Source: a virus
Lineage: Duplodnaviria; Caudoviricetes
Reading direction: 5' to 3' (one strand)
DNA: 64,000 nucleotides
IMG/VR virus record: IMGVR_UViG_3300033067_001375
Location: 3,519-67,518 of that record
How positions within the stretch are numbered: position 1 is the stretch's first letter; every line of letters begins with the position of its first letter. The notes beneath the pieces were generated by a model. The model was not told the origin of the DNA and searched no databases. It saw only the letters and a list, made by a program, of their open reading frames with translations. A program made the position numbers and the translations under genes. Positions 1-8,347 of the stretch are shown here, piece by piece.

Positions 1-5
1 TTTCG

Positions 6-659
6 ATGATTAAGCCGTTTTACCAAGATGATTTTGTCACACTTTACAACGCTGATTGGCGCAAGCACGTTAGGGGCGCCGCATGGCTTGGCCGAAAGTA
101 CAACGTGATGATCACGGATCCGCCGTATGGTGCTAAGCGAAGCGGCGGAGTTGGTAAGTACGGCCGTGAGAAGTGGGACAAAGCAAACCCGAAATGGGAT
201 GAGGCAACGCCTACAAAGAGAGAGCTTGAAACGCTGCTTGCCTTGTGTGATGACGCGGTAATATTCGGCGGCAACTATTTTGAGCTACCGCCAAGCCGAA
301 ACTTTTTGGTTTGGGATAAAGGCGCCGGGTTCAAAGATCGTGACTTTGCTGAGTGTGAGCAAGCTTGGTTAAGCTGGGACGGCAACGCCAAGATTGTCCA
401 GCGTGACCCGTTAGCGGCCGGTGACTATCGCGGCAAGTTTCACCCAACGGCCAAGCCAGTGGCCTTGATGCGATATTGCCTAACGTTGCGGCCTGAGTGG
501 CTAAAGCAGAGCGACCTAACAGTGTTTGACCCTTATGCCGGCTCATGCGCAACGGGTGTGGCTTGCAAACGTGAGGGCGTCAAATCGGTGCTGTTCGAGG
601 TCAACGGTGAGTATTGTGAGCGGGCGGTTGAGGCGTTGTGTCAACAAACTTTTTGGTAG
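6..659 (+). CDS. DNA methyltransferase, beta-class N6-A/N4-C
   Basis: Catalytic DPPY (MITDPPYG) precedes HPTAKP and the SAM-binding VFDPYAGS motif. Confidence 0.92.
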   Translation: MIKPFYQDDFVTLYNADWRKHVRGAAWLGRKYNVMITDPPYGAKRSGGVGKYGREKWDKANPKWDEATPTKRELETLLALCDDAVIFGGNYFELPPSRNFLVWDKGAGFKDRDFAECEQAWLSWDGNAKIVQRDPLAAGDYRGKFHPTAKPVALMRYCLTLRPEWLKQSDLTVFDPYAGSCATGVACKREGVKSVLFEVNGEYCERAVEALCQQTFW

Positions 660-669
660 GCAATCAATC

Positions 670-1332
670 ATGACAGCAGATAAAGACGATACCCGCAATG
701 CTATTGGCCAAGTGTTGCACGGCATAGTTGCCAAGGCGAACGAGGAATTATTCGCGACGGCCGAAAGTGACCTTGACCGTGAATACTGGCACTTTCGTTG
801 GGACGATAGCCGTAGTGCCGATTGGAATTTGTACGTTTTCCAAGATCGGCTCAACCTTTACAAGTCAGCAATAAGACGTTGGGAGGAACATTTCAACGGC
901 TGTTGTTGCGTTGTTGAACGTGTGCGAGATAAGTATCTGATGCCGAAGATTCAAGAATTCCTAGAGGCATTAGAGAACAACCTAAAAAATGCTGCGCCAA
1001 ATCAGTGGCGTTGCTTTCATTGTGACGAGGTGTTTACTGAGTCAGAGGAGGCCGCCAAACACTTTGGCGTTGATCAGAGCAAGCAACCCGGTTGTCAGAT
1101 AGACGTTGCTAAGTACCGAAGATTAGAAGCGGAGGCGGCCTCATATCGCAATGAGGATACAGCTTTGCATAAAGAGATAAACGCGTTGCAGGCTGAGATT
1201 GAAGTTGCTAAGCGGCGGGCTGAGGATGATGGCTATGCGCGCGGCTTGCGTGATGCCAAGTTATACCCTGATGAGTTGGGTTTACAAAGAAAGGCAGATT
1301 GTGAAGAATCCAGCCCGCCCACCAAGACTTGA
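670..1332 (+). CDS. Hypothetical protein (CxxC plus C-terminal coiled coil)
   Basis: Long ORF; ATG 670 follows the MTase stop; contains WRCFHC and heptad-like segments. Confidence 0.7.
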   Translation: MTADKDDTRNAIGQVLHGIVAKANEELFATAESDLDREYWHFRWDDSRSADWNLYVFQDRLNLYKSAIRRWEEHFNGCCCVVERVRDKYLMPKIQEFLEALENNLKNAAPNQWRCFHCDEVFTESEEAAKHFGVDQSKQPGCQIDVAKYRRLEAEAASYRNEDTALHKEINALQAEIEVAKRRAEDDGYARGLRDAKLYPDELGLQRKADCEESSPPTKT

Positions 1333-1582
1333 TCCAAGCGATTCGATCGAATCGCTTGTCCGGTTCCCAAAGGCCGATGATCGTCCGGCCGATTTTGTAC
1401 CAGCGTGGTTAGCCAAACAAACTTACCGCGTTGAGCACAACCCGAATTGTCCTAGCCCTTACCTTGTGCGGTTGATTGCAAAAAACAAAGCCCGAATCGT
1501 TGGTGATAAAACCGACGCGTGCGGTTATGGAAAGACGTTGCAGCAAGCCGCAGAAAATGCACGAAAGACCCAAGGCGAATGA
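1301..1582 (+). CDS. Hypothetical protein
   Basis: Fills the gap between genes; stop overlaps the next ATG (ATGA); GTG start uncertain. Confidence 0.55.
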   Translation: MKNPARPPRLDPSDSIESLVRFPKADDRPADFVPAWLAKQTYRVEHNPNCPSPYLVRLIAKNKARIVGDKTDACGYGKTLQQAAENARKTQGE

Positions 1583-2013
1583 GAAACTTTTTCCCGACAG
1601 TGATCAGTGAGCTTGCACTACACAAGCCAGAGCAAACTAACGGCGTTTGCAGCCGTGCCAGCGAAACTATCTTGCATTCGCAAGCGTGGTTTTCTGAGAG
1701 GCCGGTGGATACGCCGTGGCTTGAGTCAATCGGGTTCTTGAAACTTGGCGGCGGCTTCGATTGCATGAGAACGCTGGCGATCAATGAGGACGTGTATCTT
1801 GAGACGTACCCGGCCTACGTTGATGACGATGCCGGCGAACGATATTGGAGTCACGGTGAGGGCGATAGAATTCGTCGGCTTTATTTGGCCCCGCGCAATC
1901 GTGGTGAGGTCTTGCAACTCTTGCGGCGTTGTGGATACTCTCTTGAGGTTCTAACCAAGCACGTTGAACGTGAGGCGGCGGAGTTATGCTCACAAAGTCA
2001 CAAGCCCTCTTGA
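1579..2013 (+). CDS. Hypothetical protein
   Basis: ATGA coupling with the upstream gene. Confidence 0.65.
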   Translation: MRNFFPTVISELALHKPEQTNGVCSRASETILHSQAWFSERPVDTPWLESIGFLKLGGGFDCMRTLAINEDVYLETYPAYVDDDAGERYWSHGEGDRIRRLYLAPRNRGEVLQLLRRCGYSLEVLTKHVEREAAELCSQSHKPS

Positions 2014-2291
2014 ATATCGCTATGGAGTGCCCAGAGCAGTTTGTCGCGTCAATCAAGTATCTTGACGCAAGGGGCAATGTGACTGAGAGGGTGGTAAGCC
2101 CGATTCGCTATTTGACGCCAAGGCTGGTTAGCGTGTATTGTTTAGGGCGGGAAGCGCCAAGATCACTCAGGCTTAGCGGCATGTTGCAAGTGCGGCTGAA
2201 AGTCACGAGCGACGTCTTGGCCCCCGAAGCAATACGAGACTTGGTTCAACAGCGAAGCGCAGATAGTCACCAGAAACGAGCAACACGATAA
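1986..2291 (+). CDS. Stand-alone WYL-domain protein
   Basis: IKYLDARGNVTERVVSPI...VYCLGREAPRSLRL matches the WYL pattern I.Y....G..t.R.v.P....y.C..R...R.fr. Confidence 0.75.
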   Translation: MLTKSQALLNIAMECPEQFVASIKYLDARGNVTERVVSPIRYLTPRLVSVYCLGREAPRSLRLSGMLQVRLKVTSDVLAPEAIRDLVQQRSADSHQKRATR

Positions 2292-2390
2292 CGACGGCCG
2301 ATAGGCTGGTCACTTGTTGGCCTCACGGAAAGCGACAGCAACGTAGCGTTGTCAATCTGCGCGCACCTTCACGGAAAGCGCGTACACTCT

Positions 2391-3656
2391 ATGGGCCTCA
2401 AGACGGTTACCCGAAAGCTTGATGAGCTTACCCTCGACCCTGACAATGCCCGCAAACACAACTCAGACGTTGATGTTGAGGCCATACGGTTGTCACTCTT
2501 AGAGTTTGGCCAGCAAACCCCAATAGTTGTTGATGAGGCCGATATCGTTGTAAAGGGCAACGGTACCATGATGGCGGCGCTCAAGCTTGGGTGGACTGAG
2601 ATTGAGACGATCAAGACAACGCTAACGGGTGACCAACTCAGAGCGTACGCAATCGCGGACAACCGAACGGCTGAGCTCAGCCAGTGGAATACCGAGACGC
2701 TGATTGCTCAACTCAATGAGCTTGAAGCTACATTGCAGACGGCCGCCGGCTATTCAATTGACGCCTTGGACAAGCTAGCGGCGGAAGTTGGCAAGGAATA
2801 CGATTTGGCAATGGGTCAGATAGTTGACGGTATGCCCGATGAGCCGCCTGAGCCCTTGCCTGAGCCCCCGGTGATTGAGTATGGCCCGATAGACCTAGTT
2901 GACGTCCCGTGCGTTGAGGTGGGCGATCTGTGGTATGCCGGCAAGCATATCGTGCTATGTGCTGACAACACCAAAGAGGCCAATTGGAAAAAGCTACTTG
3001 GCACTCAGTACGAACAAGCCCCCAAGACAATGGCCAACGTCACGGATCCGCCGTACGGTATCGGGGCAGATAAGGCTATGGCCCGCAAGAACGGCACAAA
3101 GTACGGCACGGCCGAGGCTGCGAAGAAAATCTATGCCAAGACCGATTGGGACAAGCCGGTGCCTCATGGGATGCTACAGAGGCTCATGGCGTTCAAAGAA
3201 TCGGTTATCTTCGGTGGCAACTATTACCCGATGCCGCCCGGCCGTTGCTGGTTGATATGGGACAAAGAGAACCACGAAACAAAGCACGCGCACGCTGAAC
3301 TAGCTTGGACAAACCTTGACAAGCCGGTGCAAGTGTTGCGGCATATGTGGAACGGCATGATCCGAAAAGACAAAGAGCCAAGGCACGGCCACCCAACACA
3401 AAAGCCCGTGGGCGTTATGGCCTGGGTGATTAAGCACACGCAAGCGGCGGACATTCTTGACGTGTATCTTGGCAGCGGTTCAACGCTGGTTGCCTGTGAA
3501 CAACTGGGGCGGCGATGCTACGGCATGGAATCGTACCCGGCCTATGTTCAGATGGCACTTGACCGATACAAGGCATTGACCGGCAAAGAGCCTATCTTGG
3601 CTGAGACCGGCGAAACGTTGTCCCAAGTGATGACGCGGCGATTGGCGAAGGGCTGA
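2391..3656 (+). CDS. ParB-like N-terminal domain fused to a beta-class DNA methyltransferase
   Basis: N-terminal PDNARKH...SLLEFGQQTPIVVD...GNGT...AYAIADNR; C-terminal TDPPYG, HPTQKPV, ILDVYLGSGST. Confidence 0.9.
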   Translation: MGLKTVTRKLDELTLDPDNARKHNSDVDVEAIRLSLLEFGQQTPIVVDEADIVVKGNGTMMAALKLGWTEIETIKTTLTGDQLRAYAIADNRTAELSQWNTETLIAQLNELEATLQTAAGYSIDALDKLAAEVGKEYDLAMGQIVDGMPDEPPEPLPEPPVIEYGPIDLVDVPCVEVGDLWYAGKHIVLCADNTKEANWKKLLGTQYEQAPKTMANVTDPPYGIGADKAMARKNGTKYGTAEAAKKIYAKTDWDKPVPHGMLQRLMAFKESVIFGGNYYPMPPGRCWLIWDKENHETKHAHAELAWTNLDKPVQVLRHMWNGMIRKDKEPRHGHPTQKPVGVMAWVIKHTQAADILDVYLGSGSTLVACEQLGRRCYGMESYPAYVQMALDRYKALTGKEPILAETGETLSQVMTRRLAKG

Positions 3657-3662
3657 GATTTT

Positions 3663-3676
3663 TGTAAACGTTTACA
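3663..3676. promoter_or_regulatory. 14-bp palindrome TGTAAACGTTTACA (copy 1)
   Basis: Perfect copy, intergenic, 11 nt before ATG 3688. Confidence 0.85.
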
Positions 3677-3687
3677 TTTTGCGGGGG

Positions 3688-4023
3688 ATGGTCGTGAGTG
3701 ACGTATCAAAGAAATTGCGATGGTATCAGACAGACTACGGAAGTGGATTTGTGATTTTTATCGGGGCAATTGCTGTAAGCGTGTTAATTAGCTGCGCGTT
3801 GGTTGATTGCAGGCTGGTTGAATATCGCTTGCCGAATGTACCACTAACCGAAACGCCGGAAACCAAAGCACGTTTTGAGGTTGAGTTTCAAGCAACCAAA
3901 TGCGCCCACTCACGCCGTATCGTTGAATGCGGTTATGGTGATGGCGGTCCAAGTTGGTGGGAGTGTGACGACTGTGACAAGCGATGGGAAATCCGCAGCG
4001 AATTGCCGGAATGGAGAAAGTGA
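3688..4023 (+). CDS. Hypothetical membrane protein with C-terminal Cys motif
   Basis: Hydrophobic segment followed by CAH...C...WECDDCD. Confidence 0.65.
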   Translation: MVVSDVSKKLRWYQTDYGSGFVIFIGAIAVSVLISCALVDCRLVEYRLPNVPLTETPETKARFEVEFQATKCAHSRRIVECGYGDGGPSWWECDDCDKRWEIRSELPEWRK

Positions 4024-4086
4024 TACCAATTTGCGGCCTGAAATGCTGCCAAGACTGACGTAGTATTTGGGTAGAGGTAGAGGTTT

Positions 4087-4100
4087 TGTAAACGTTTACA
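4087..4100. promoter_or_regulatory. 14-bp palindrome (copy 2)
   Basis: Perfect copy, 17 nt before ATG 4118. Confidence 0.85.
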
Positions 4101-4117
4101 TTTTCGGGGGACGGACG

Positions 4118-4711
4118 ATGATCGAATGGTTGATGATTGTTGGGTTACTCAACTTACTGGTTGGGTTGCTGATCCTCAAGTATTTGCGGCGTGTTTGGCT
4201 ACAGTTGCTTGAGCTTGCCGCGTACTATGGCGCGTTGAGCGGTATGAATTGGTGGCAACACTCAATCGTTGACTTAACCAAGATCAAGACTAACGGCGGC
4301 CTCAGCCTCAGGGTATTTCCTAGTGACGGTGAGCACGCCAAGACTGACGGCGAAAAGGCCAAGGCTGACGCTGATAAGTCTGATCCGGTCAAGATCATTC
4401 ACGACGGCGATGAGTGGTCAATAACGATTGGCGATAAGTTGCGCGGCCGATACAAAGATGGTCACGAAATGGCCAAGCACTTAGCCTTTGCGTTGATTGA
4501 GATTGAGAAGTCTGAGGTACAAAAGGAGATTGAGGCCGATAACCCAATTATCACTTTCGGCCCTCTCAACGTTGGCGATATGTTCAACACGAAAAGCGGC
4601 CGTTGGGTAAAGCAGAGTGATGAGGACGCGTTGTGTGTTATGTCCGGCGTGCACCCGGTTGGTTGGTCAACGAAGTTCAAGCCAACCGATGATGTTGTTG
4701 TTTTGTACTAA
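4118..4711 (+). CDS. Hypothetical protein with N-terminal TM helix
   Basis: GGGGG SD-like site and ATG after the palindrome; hydrophobic N-terminus. Confidence 0.7.
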   Translation: MIEWLMIVGLLNLLVGLLILKYLRRVWLQLLELAAYYGALSGMNWWQHSIVDLTKIKTNGGLSLRVFPSDGEHAKTDGEKAKADADKSDPVKIIHDGDEWSITIGDKLRGRYKDGHEMAKHLAFALIEIEKSEVQKEIEADNPIITFGPLNVGDMFNTKSGRWVKQSDEDALCVMSGVHPVGWSTKFKPTDDVVVLY

Positions 4712-4738
4712 AACGCGCCCGGCGGCCAACGCGGCTAT

Positions 4739-5170
4739 GTGTTCGTTGATGATTACCCGCCGGCTAATTGGTCAGCGGTGCAAAAAACTGACGAGGATCC
4801 GTTTACCAAGCTGGGGCGTGAGGCGGCTGAGGCACGCGAAAAGCGTGTGCTAGATGCGATAGAGGGCGATGATGAAAGTGTATCGCAACCGTGCAAGTTA
4901 TTCTTGCCGCCTATGGGCGTTTCAGAGGGTAACCCTTATCCGCCTCCCCCAAGCCCTCTTGGTGTAACGCGTTGTGAGTGTGGCTGTCACAGTGGCTTGT
5001 GTCTGCATTGCTTCCCGTGTTGTGAGGGGCGTTGCACGTATTGCGGCAACTGGTTCAAGAGTGGCCTGAGGGAACATGCTCAAGCGTGTGAAGGTTGCCC
5101 GCCAGATAAGCCGGCGGCCCCGCCTGATGAGTACGCCAAGCAGCGTGATTTCGGCCCGACAGTTTTGTAA
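4739..5170 (+). CDS. Hypothetical Cys-rich protein
   Basis: CECGCHSGLCLHCFPCCEGRCTYC cluster; the stop codon lies inside palindrome copy 3. Confidence 0.65.
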   Translation: MFVDDYPPANWSAVQKTDEDPFTKLGREAAEAREKRVLDAIEGDDESVSQPCKLFLPPMGVSEGNPYPPPPSPLGVTRCECGCHSGLCLHCFPCCEGRCTYCGNWFKSGLREHAQACEGCPPDKPAAPPDEYAKQRDFGPTVL

Positions 5171-5179
5171 ACGTTTACA
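5166..5179. promoter_or_regulatory. 14-bp palindrome (copy 3)
   Basis: Perfect copy; supplies the TAA of the upstream gene; 17 nt before ATG 5197. Confidence 0.85.
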
Positions 5180-5196
5180 AAGTTTAGGTTGAGGAT

Positions 5197-5769
5197 ATGA
5201 CCAAACGTGCGGGCAAAGGCTCGAAGAATAAACGGCGGTTGGCGCATGCGGAAGCGTTGACGGCGGACAATCTGAGCCCTGAGGAATCACTTGCACTTGA
5301 GCTTGAGGCCTTGCGGTCGGGTTGGCTTAACGGCTCACCAACGTTTGCAAAAACGCGTGAGGCGTTGCTACTCAAAGCAGCTACCAAGGCCTTAAACGGC
5401 AAGTGTGACGATCAAACGTTTATAAAGCTCATGAGAGCCATTGCCCAAACAGAGCACAGAGAGATAGCCCTAAGGCTACAGGCGGCCTCAATTAGCCTTA
5501 GGGCTCAAGGGAAAGGTGGCGATGATTTGCCAGAGCAGCGCGGCTTGCCAGAGCAAAGGGGCGGCTCAACCGTTGTGATCAACAACAACGTGAGCGGACA
5601 AGATACGGCGCCGGCTCAGGTGCCAACGTTCGAAGTGATTCAACAGTTGATTGCCAAAAGAGAAATACGCGATGCCGCCGATAGACGCCCCCAACATATG
5701 CGAGCTCTTGACGCCGCTGGACCTAGCCCAACATTGCAACCCCAAATTCCTACGGCCCCCGCACTTTGA
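5197..5769 (+). CDS. Putative terminase small subunit
   Basis: Helical protein directly upstream of and overlapping TerL; assignment is positional only. Confidence 0.5.
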   Translation: MTKRAGKGSKNKRRLAHAEALTADNLSPEESLALELEALRSGWLNGSPTFAKTREALLLKAATKALNGKCDDQTFIKLMRAIAQTEHREIALRLQAASISLRAQGKGGDDLPEQRGLPEQRGGSTVVINNNVSGQDTAPAQVPTFEVIQQLIAKREIRDAADRRPQHMRALDAAGPSPTLQPQIPTAPAL

Positions 5770-7927
5770 ACTATTGCAACGTGAGTTTCTTGAGACGTTA
5801 CAGCCAGAAGGTTGGGACGTTCTAATAGCTCAGGCGCCGCCCCGTCACGGCAAGAGTGAGTTTTTGTCCCGGTGGGTACCGTCTTGGTTTCATCTGACCT
5901 ACCCAACTGAGCGGTCAATTCTGACCTCTTACGCGCTTGACCTTGCACGCGATCACTCACGCGAAGTGCGCGATAGGGTGCATGAGTACGCGCCGCTATT
6001 TGGTCACCGTGGCATTGACCGAAAGGTGAGCGGTAATGCTGACTGGAAAATTGCAGACTACGGCGGCGGCATGAAAGCGGCCGGGATCCGTGGGGCGATC
6101 ACTGGGCGTGGTGCAAATCTGTTTTTGATTGATGACTACTTTAAGAATGACGAGGAGGCAGTCAACCAAACTCTCAGGGATAAGCAATGGTCTTGGTTTC
6201 AGACGACGGCAACAACGCGATTCGAGCCCGGTTGTAAGTTGATCGTGTTGGCTTGCCTCGTTGGTGATACGCCCGTCGCTATGGCTGACGGCTCAAGCGT
6301 GCCTATTCGTGATGTGCGGCCGGGCGATAGAGTCAAGACGTTTGACGACGGCCGGTTGGCTACTTCTGTTATTCGTAATCATGCCTCAGTTGGGTACGAC
6401 GACGTGTTCCGTTTGACGTTGCAATCGGGTAAAACGGTGACAGCAAACGCGCGTCACCCGTTTTTAGTTGCACGCAATGGAGCTTTGAAGTGGATCAGGC
6501 TGAGAAACTTGACTACCGGGTTGAGAATCGTAACAACAAAGGCCAGTGGGGTAAGTGGAAAGGGAAAACTTGCCAATGGGAAGGTTGCGAACGGCCGGCA
6601 AAGTGCCGTGGATACTGCCATCACCACTACGCGAAGAAACGCACGCTTGACGGCTACCGTGCCCCCTCTCACAATCCGGAATCTCACCGAAAATCAAGGC
6701 TCAAATATCGCTACGGCATTACGGTTGATGACTACAACGCGTTACTCAAAAAACAACGTGGCGTTTGTGCCGTATGCCGTCAACCGCCAAGCGAGCATAA
6801 CACACGCAAACACCAAGGCGGACGATTGTGCGTTGATCACTGCCATGACACTGGAAAGGTGCGAGCCCTCTTGTGCAACGATTGCAACCTTGCCGCCGGA
6901 TACATTAAGACCAGCGCCGCCGCCGCTCAGTTGGCTCGATACCTCAGAGTTTTTGAGCGACTCAATAGTAGCGATTGAGTTCGCCGGCCGGGCCGAAGTG
7001 TTTGATATTGAGATTGAAGGGACGGGCAACTTCATTGCGGCAGGAATGGTAAGCCACAATACGCGCTGGCATGAGGACGACTTGATTGGCCGAATACTCA
7101 AATACGCCCTTGAAGATTCTGAGGCGCCAATGCGTGTGCGTGAGATACGCTTACCCGCGCTAGCTGAGCCAACCGATGAACAGCCCGACCCACTTGGCCG
7201 GAAAACCGATGAGGCTCTTTGGCCTGAGCGTTACAGCACGGCCGCGCTCAAGGCTAAGCGGTCACTCATGGACGGCTATTGGTTCAACGCGATGTTTCAA
7301 CAGCGGTTGACTTCGCACGGGTTCAACGAATGGCCAAGCGAATATTTCTACGGCGTGATGGCTCAGGATGATGAGTGGCCCGATAGGTTCACGATGAGCG
7401 CAACGGCCTTGGATCCAAGCAAAGGGCGCGATGCCAAGAAAGGTGACTTCTCAGGCATAGTCACGGCCGGTTATCACAAAGGCTACATTTGGCTTGACTG
7501 TGACCTTGAGCGGCGGCCGGTTCCAAAGATGATGCGCGACTTGGTTGACTGGAACAACCAGCGACGGCCAACAGTTACAGGCATTGAAGCGGTTGCATTC
7601 CAAGAGCTCTTGGGTACTGACTACGTTCAAGCTCAGATTGAGGCCGGCGGCTATCGTGATGAGCCTGAGCTTATATACAACAACGTGTCAAAGAATCTTC
7701 GCATTGGCAGGATAGGGACGTGGCTCAGGTTGCATATGCTCAAGATCCGCAACACGCCCGGCGGCAAGCTCTTGCTACAGCAACTTAAAGAGTTTCCCAA
7801 CGCGAAGTATGACGACGGCCCCGATGCCGCCGAGATGGCCATACGGCTCTTGCTAACGCTGAGCGAAGCGTTGGCCGAAATCTTCGTTCAGGCCTCACCG
7901 ATGTATACCGAAAGAATTATCACGTAG
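5651..7927 (+). CDS. terL: Terminase large subunit, intein-containing
   Basis: Walker A PPRHGKS, Walker B LFLIDD, coupling motif LA|TRWHEDDL split by the intein, nuclease acidic motifs ALDPS and YDDGPDA. Start may be ATG 5672. Confidence 0.95.
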   Translation: MPKEKYAMPPIDAPNICELLTPLDLAQHCNPKFLRPPHFELLQREFLETLQPEGWDVLIAQAPPRHGKSEFLSRWVPSWFHLTYPTERSILTSYALDLARDHSREVRDRVHEYAPLFGHRGIDRKVSGNADWKIADYGGGMKAAGIRGAITGRGANLFLIDDYFKNDEEAVNQTLRDKQWSWFQTTATTRFEPGCKLIVLACLVGDTPVAMADGSSVPIRDVRPGDRVKTFDDGRLATSVIRNHASVGYDDVFRLTLQSGKTVTANARHPFLVARNGALKWIRLRNLTTGLRIVTTKASGVSGKGKLANGKVANGRQSAVDTAITTTRRNARLTATVPPLTIRNLTENQGSNIATALRLMTTTRYSKNNVAFVPYAVNRQASITHANTKADDCALITAMTLERCEPSCATIATLPPDTLRPAPPPLSWLDTSEFLSDSIVAIEFAGRAEVFDIEIEGTGNFIAAGMVSHNTRWHEDDLIGRILKYALEDSEAPMRVREIRLPALAEPTDEQPDPLGRKTDEALWPERYSTAALKAKRSLMDGYWFNAMFQQRLTSHGFNEWPSEYFYGVMAQDDEWPDRFTMSATALDPSKGRDAKKGDFSGIVTAGYHKGYIWLDCDLERRPVPKMMRDLVDWNNQRRPTVTGIEAVAFQELLGTDYVQAQIEAGGYRDEPELIYNNVSKNLRIGRIGTWLRLHMLKIRNTPGGKLLLQQLKEFPNAKYDDGPDAAEMAIRLLLTLSEALAEIFVQASPMYTERIIT
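6254..7060 (+). mobile_element. Intein (269 aa) in TerL
   Basis: Block A CLVGDTPVAMADGS, block B-like ANARHPFLV, block F VFDIEIEGTGNF, block G VSHN followed by Thr+1. Removing it restores KLIVLA-TRWHEDDL. Confidence 0.95.
6490..6978 (+). CDS. Endonuclease VII-type (His-Me finger) nuclease nested in the -1 frame of the intein
   Basis: CAVC...LCVDHCHDTGKVRALLCNDCN motif; N-terminal CQWEGC...CRGYCHHHY Zn motif; GGAG 7 nt upstream of GTG 6490. Confidence 0.88.
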   Translation: MDQAEKLDYRVENRNNKGQWGKWKGKTCQWEGCERPAKCRGYCHHHYAKKRTLDGYRAPSHNPESHRKSRLKYRYGITVDDYNALLKKQRGVCAVCRQPPSEHNTRKHQGGRLCVDHCHDTGKVRALLCNDCNLAAGYIKTSAAAAQLARYLRVFERLNSSD

Positions 7928-7963
7928 GCGACAAACTTCTGAGCGGTTGCGGCCTTGCATGTT
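7928..7963 (+). promoter_or_regulatory. Class A promoter-like motif (BCGMCNA-N17-GCCTT)
   Basis: GCGACAA-N17-GCCTTGCATGTT upstream of ORF 7980. Confidence 0.6.
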
Positions 7964-7979
7964 AGAAAGTGAGGGCGCT

Positions 7980-8216
7980 ATGGGGCCAACATACCGAAAC
8001 GCGGCTGAGCGAATCCAAAACGCTTGTGATGATTTCCAAGAGTTGATGACGGCCGCGCGTGATTTAGTGGGCGTTATTCATGCTACATCGCTTGGAATGT
8101 CTATTGATGGGCTCATGGATAACAGTACGCCGAAAGAATTTGTTGATGCTTTGATGGATCACAAAGTTTGGCAAACGTTCATTGACGCACTCACAGAGGT
8201 TGAGGACGAAAGGTGA
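7980..8216 (+). CDS. Hypothetical protein
   Basis: GAGGG SD and ATG downstream of the class A motif. Confidence 0.65.
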   Translation: MGPTYRNAAERIQNACDDFQELMTAARDLVGVIHATSLGMSIDGLMDNSTPKEFVDALMDHKVWQTFIDALTEVEDER

Positions 8217-8218
8217 GT

Positions 8219-8347
8219 ATGTTTTACGACGTGTTCGTGGTAGCGTTGCTGATTGCCTTGTTGGTGCTGGTGACGCATGTAATTACTACCGGGCCTCAAG
8301 GTAATCAGTACAAGCAGCTTGACGACGATGATAGCCCAACTCAGTGA
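8219..8347 (+). CDS. Small membrane peptide (42 aa)
   Basis: Read manually: MFYDVFVVALLIALLVLVTHVITTG...; AGGTGAG upstream. Confidence 0.5.
   Translation: MFYDVFVVALLIALLVLVTHVITTGPQGNQYKQLDDDDSPTQ

Noticed and set aside
5527-5562. 18-nt duplication (LPEQRG x2) in the putative TerS
   Set aside because: Simple in-frame slippage duplication in a linker; no wider pattern.
6742-7101. Antisense ORF over the intein (119 aa)
   Set aside because: No motif, no RBS and Ser-rich; typical shadow of a stop-poor dual-coding region. The real nested nuclease is on the + strand.
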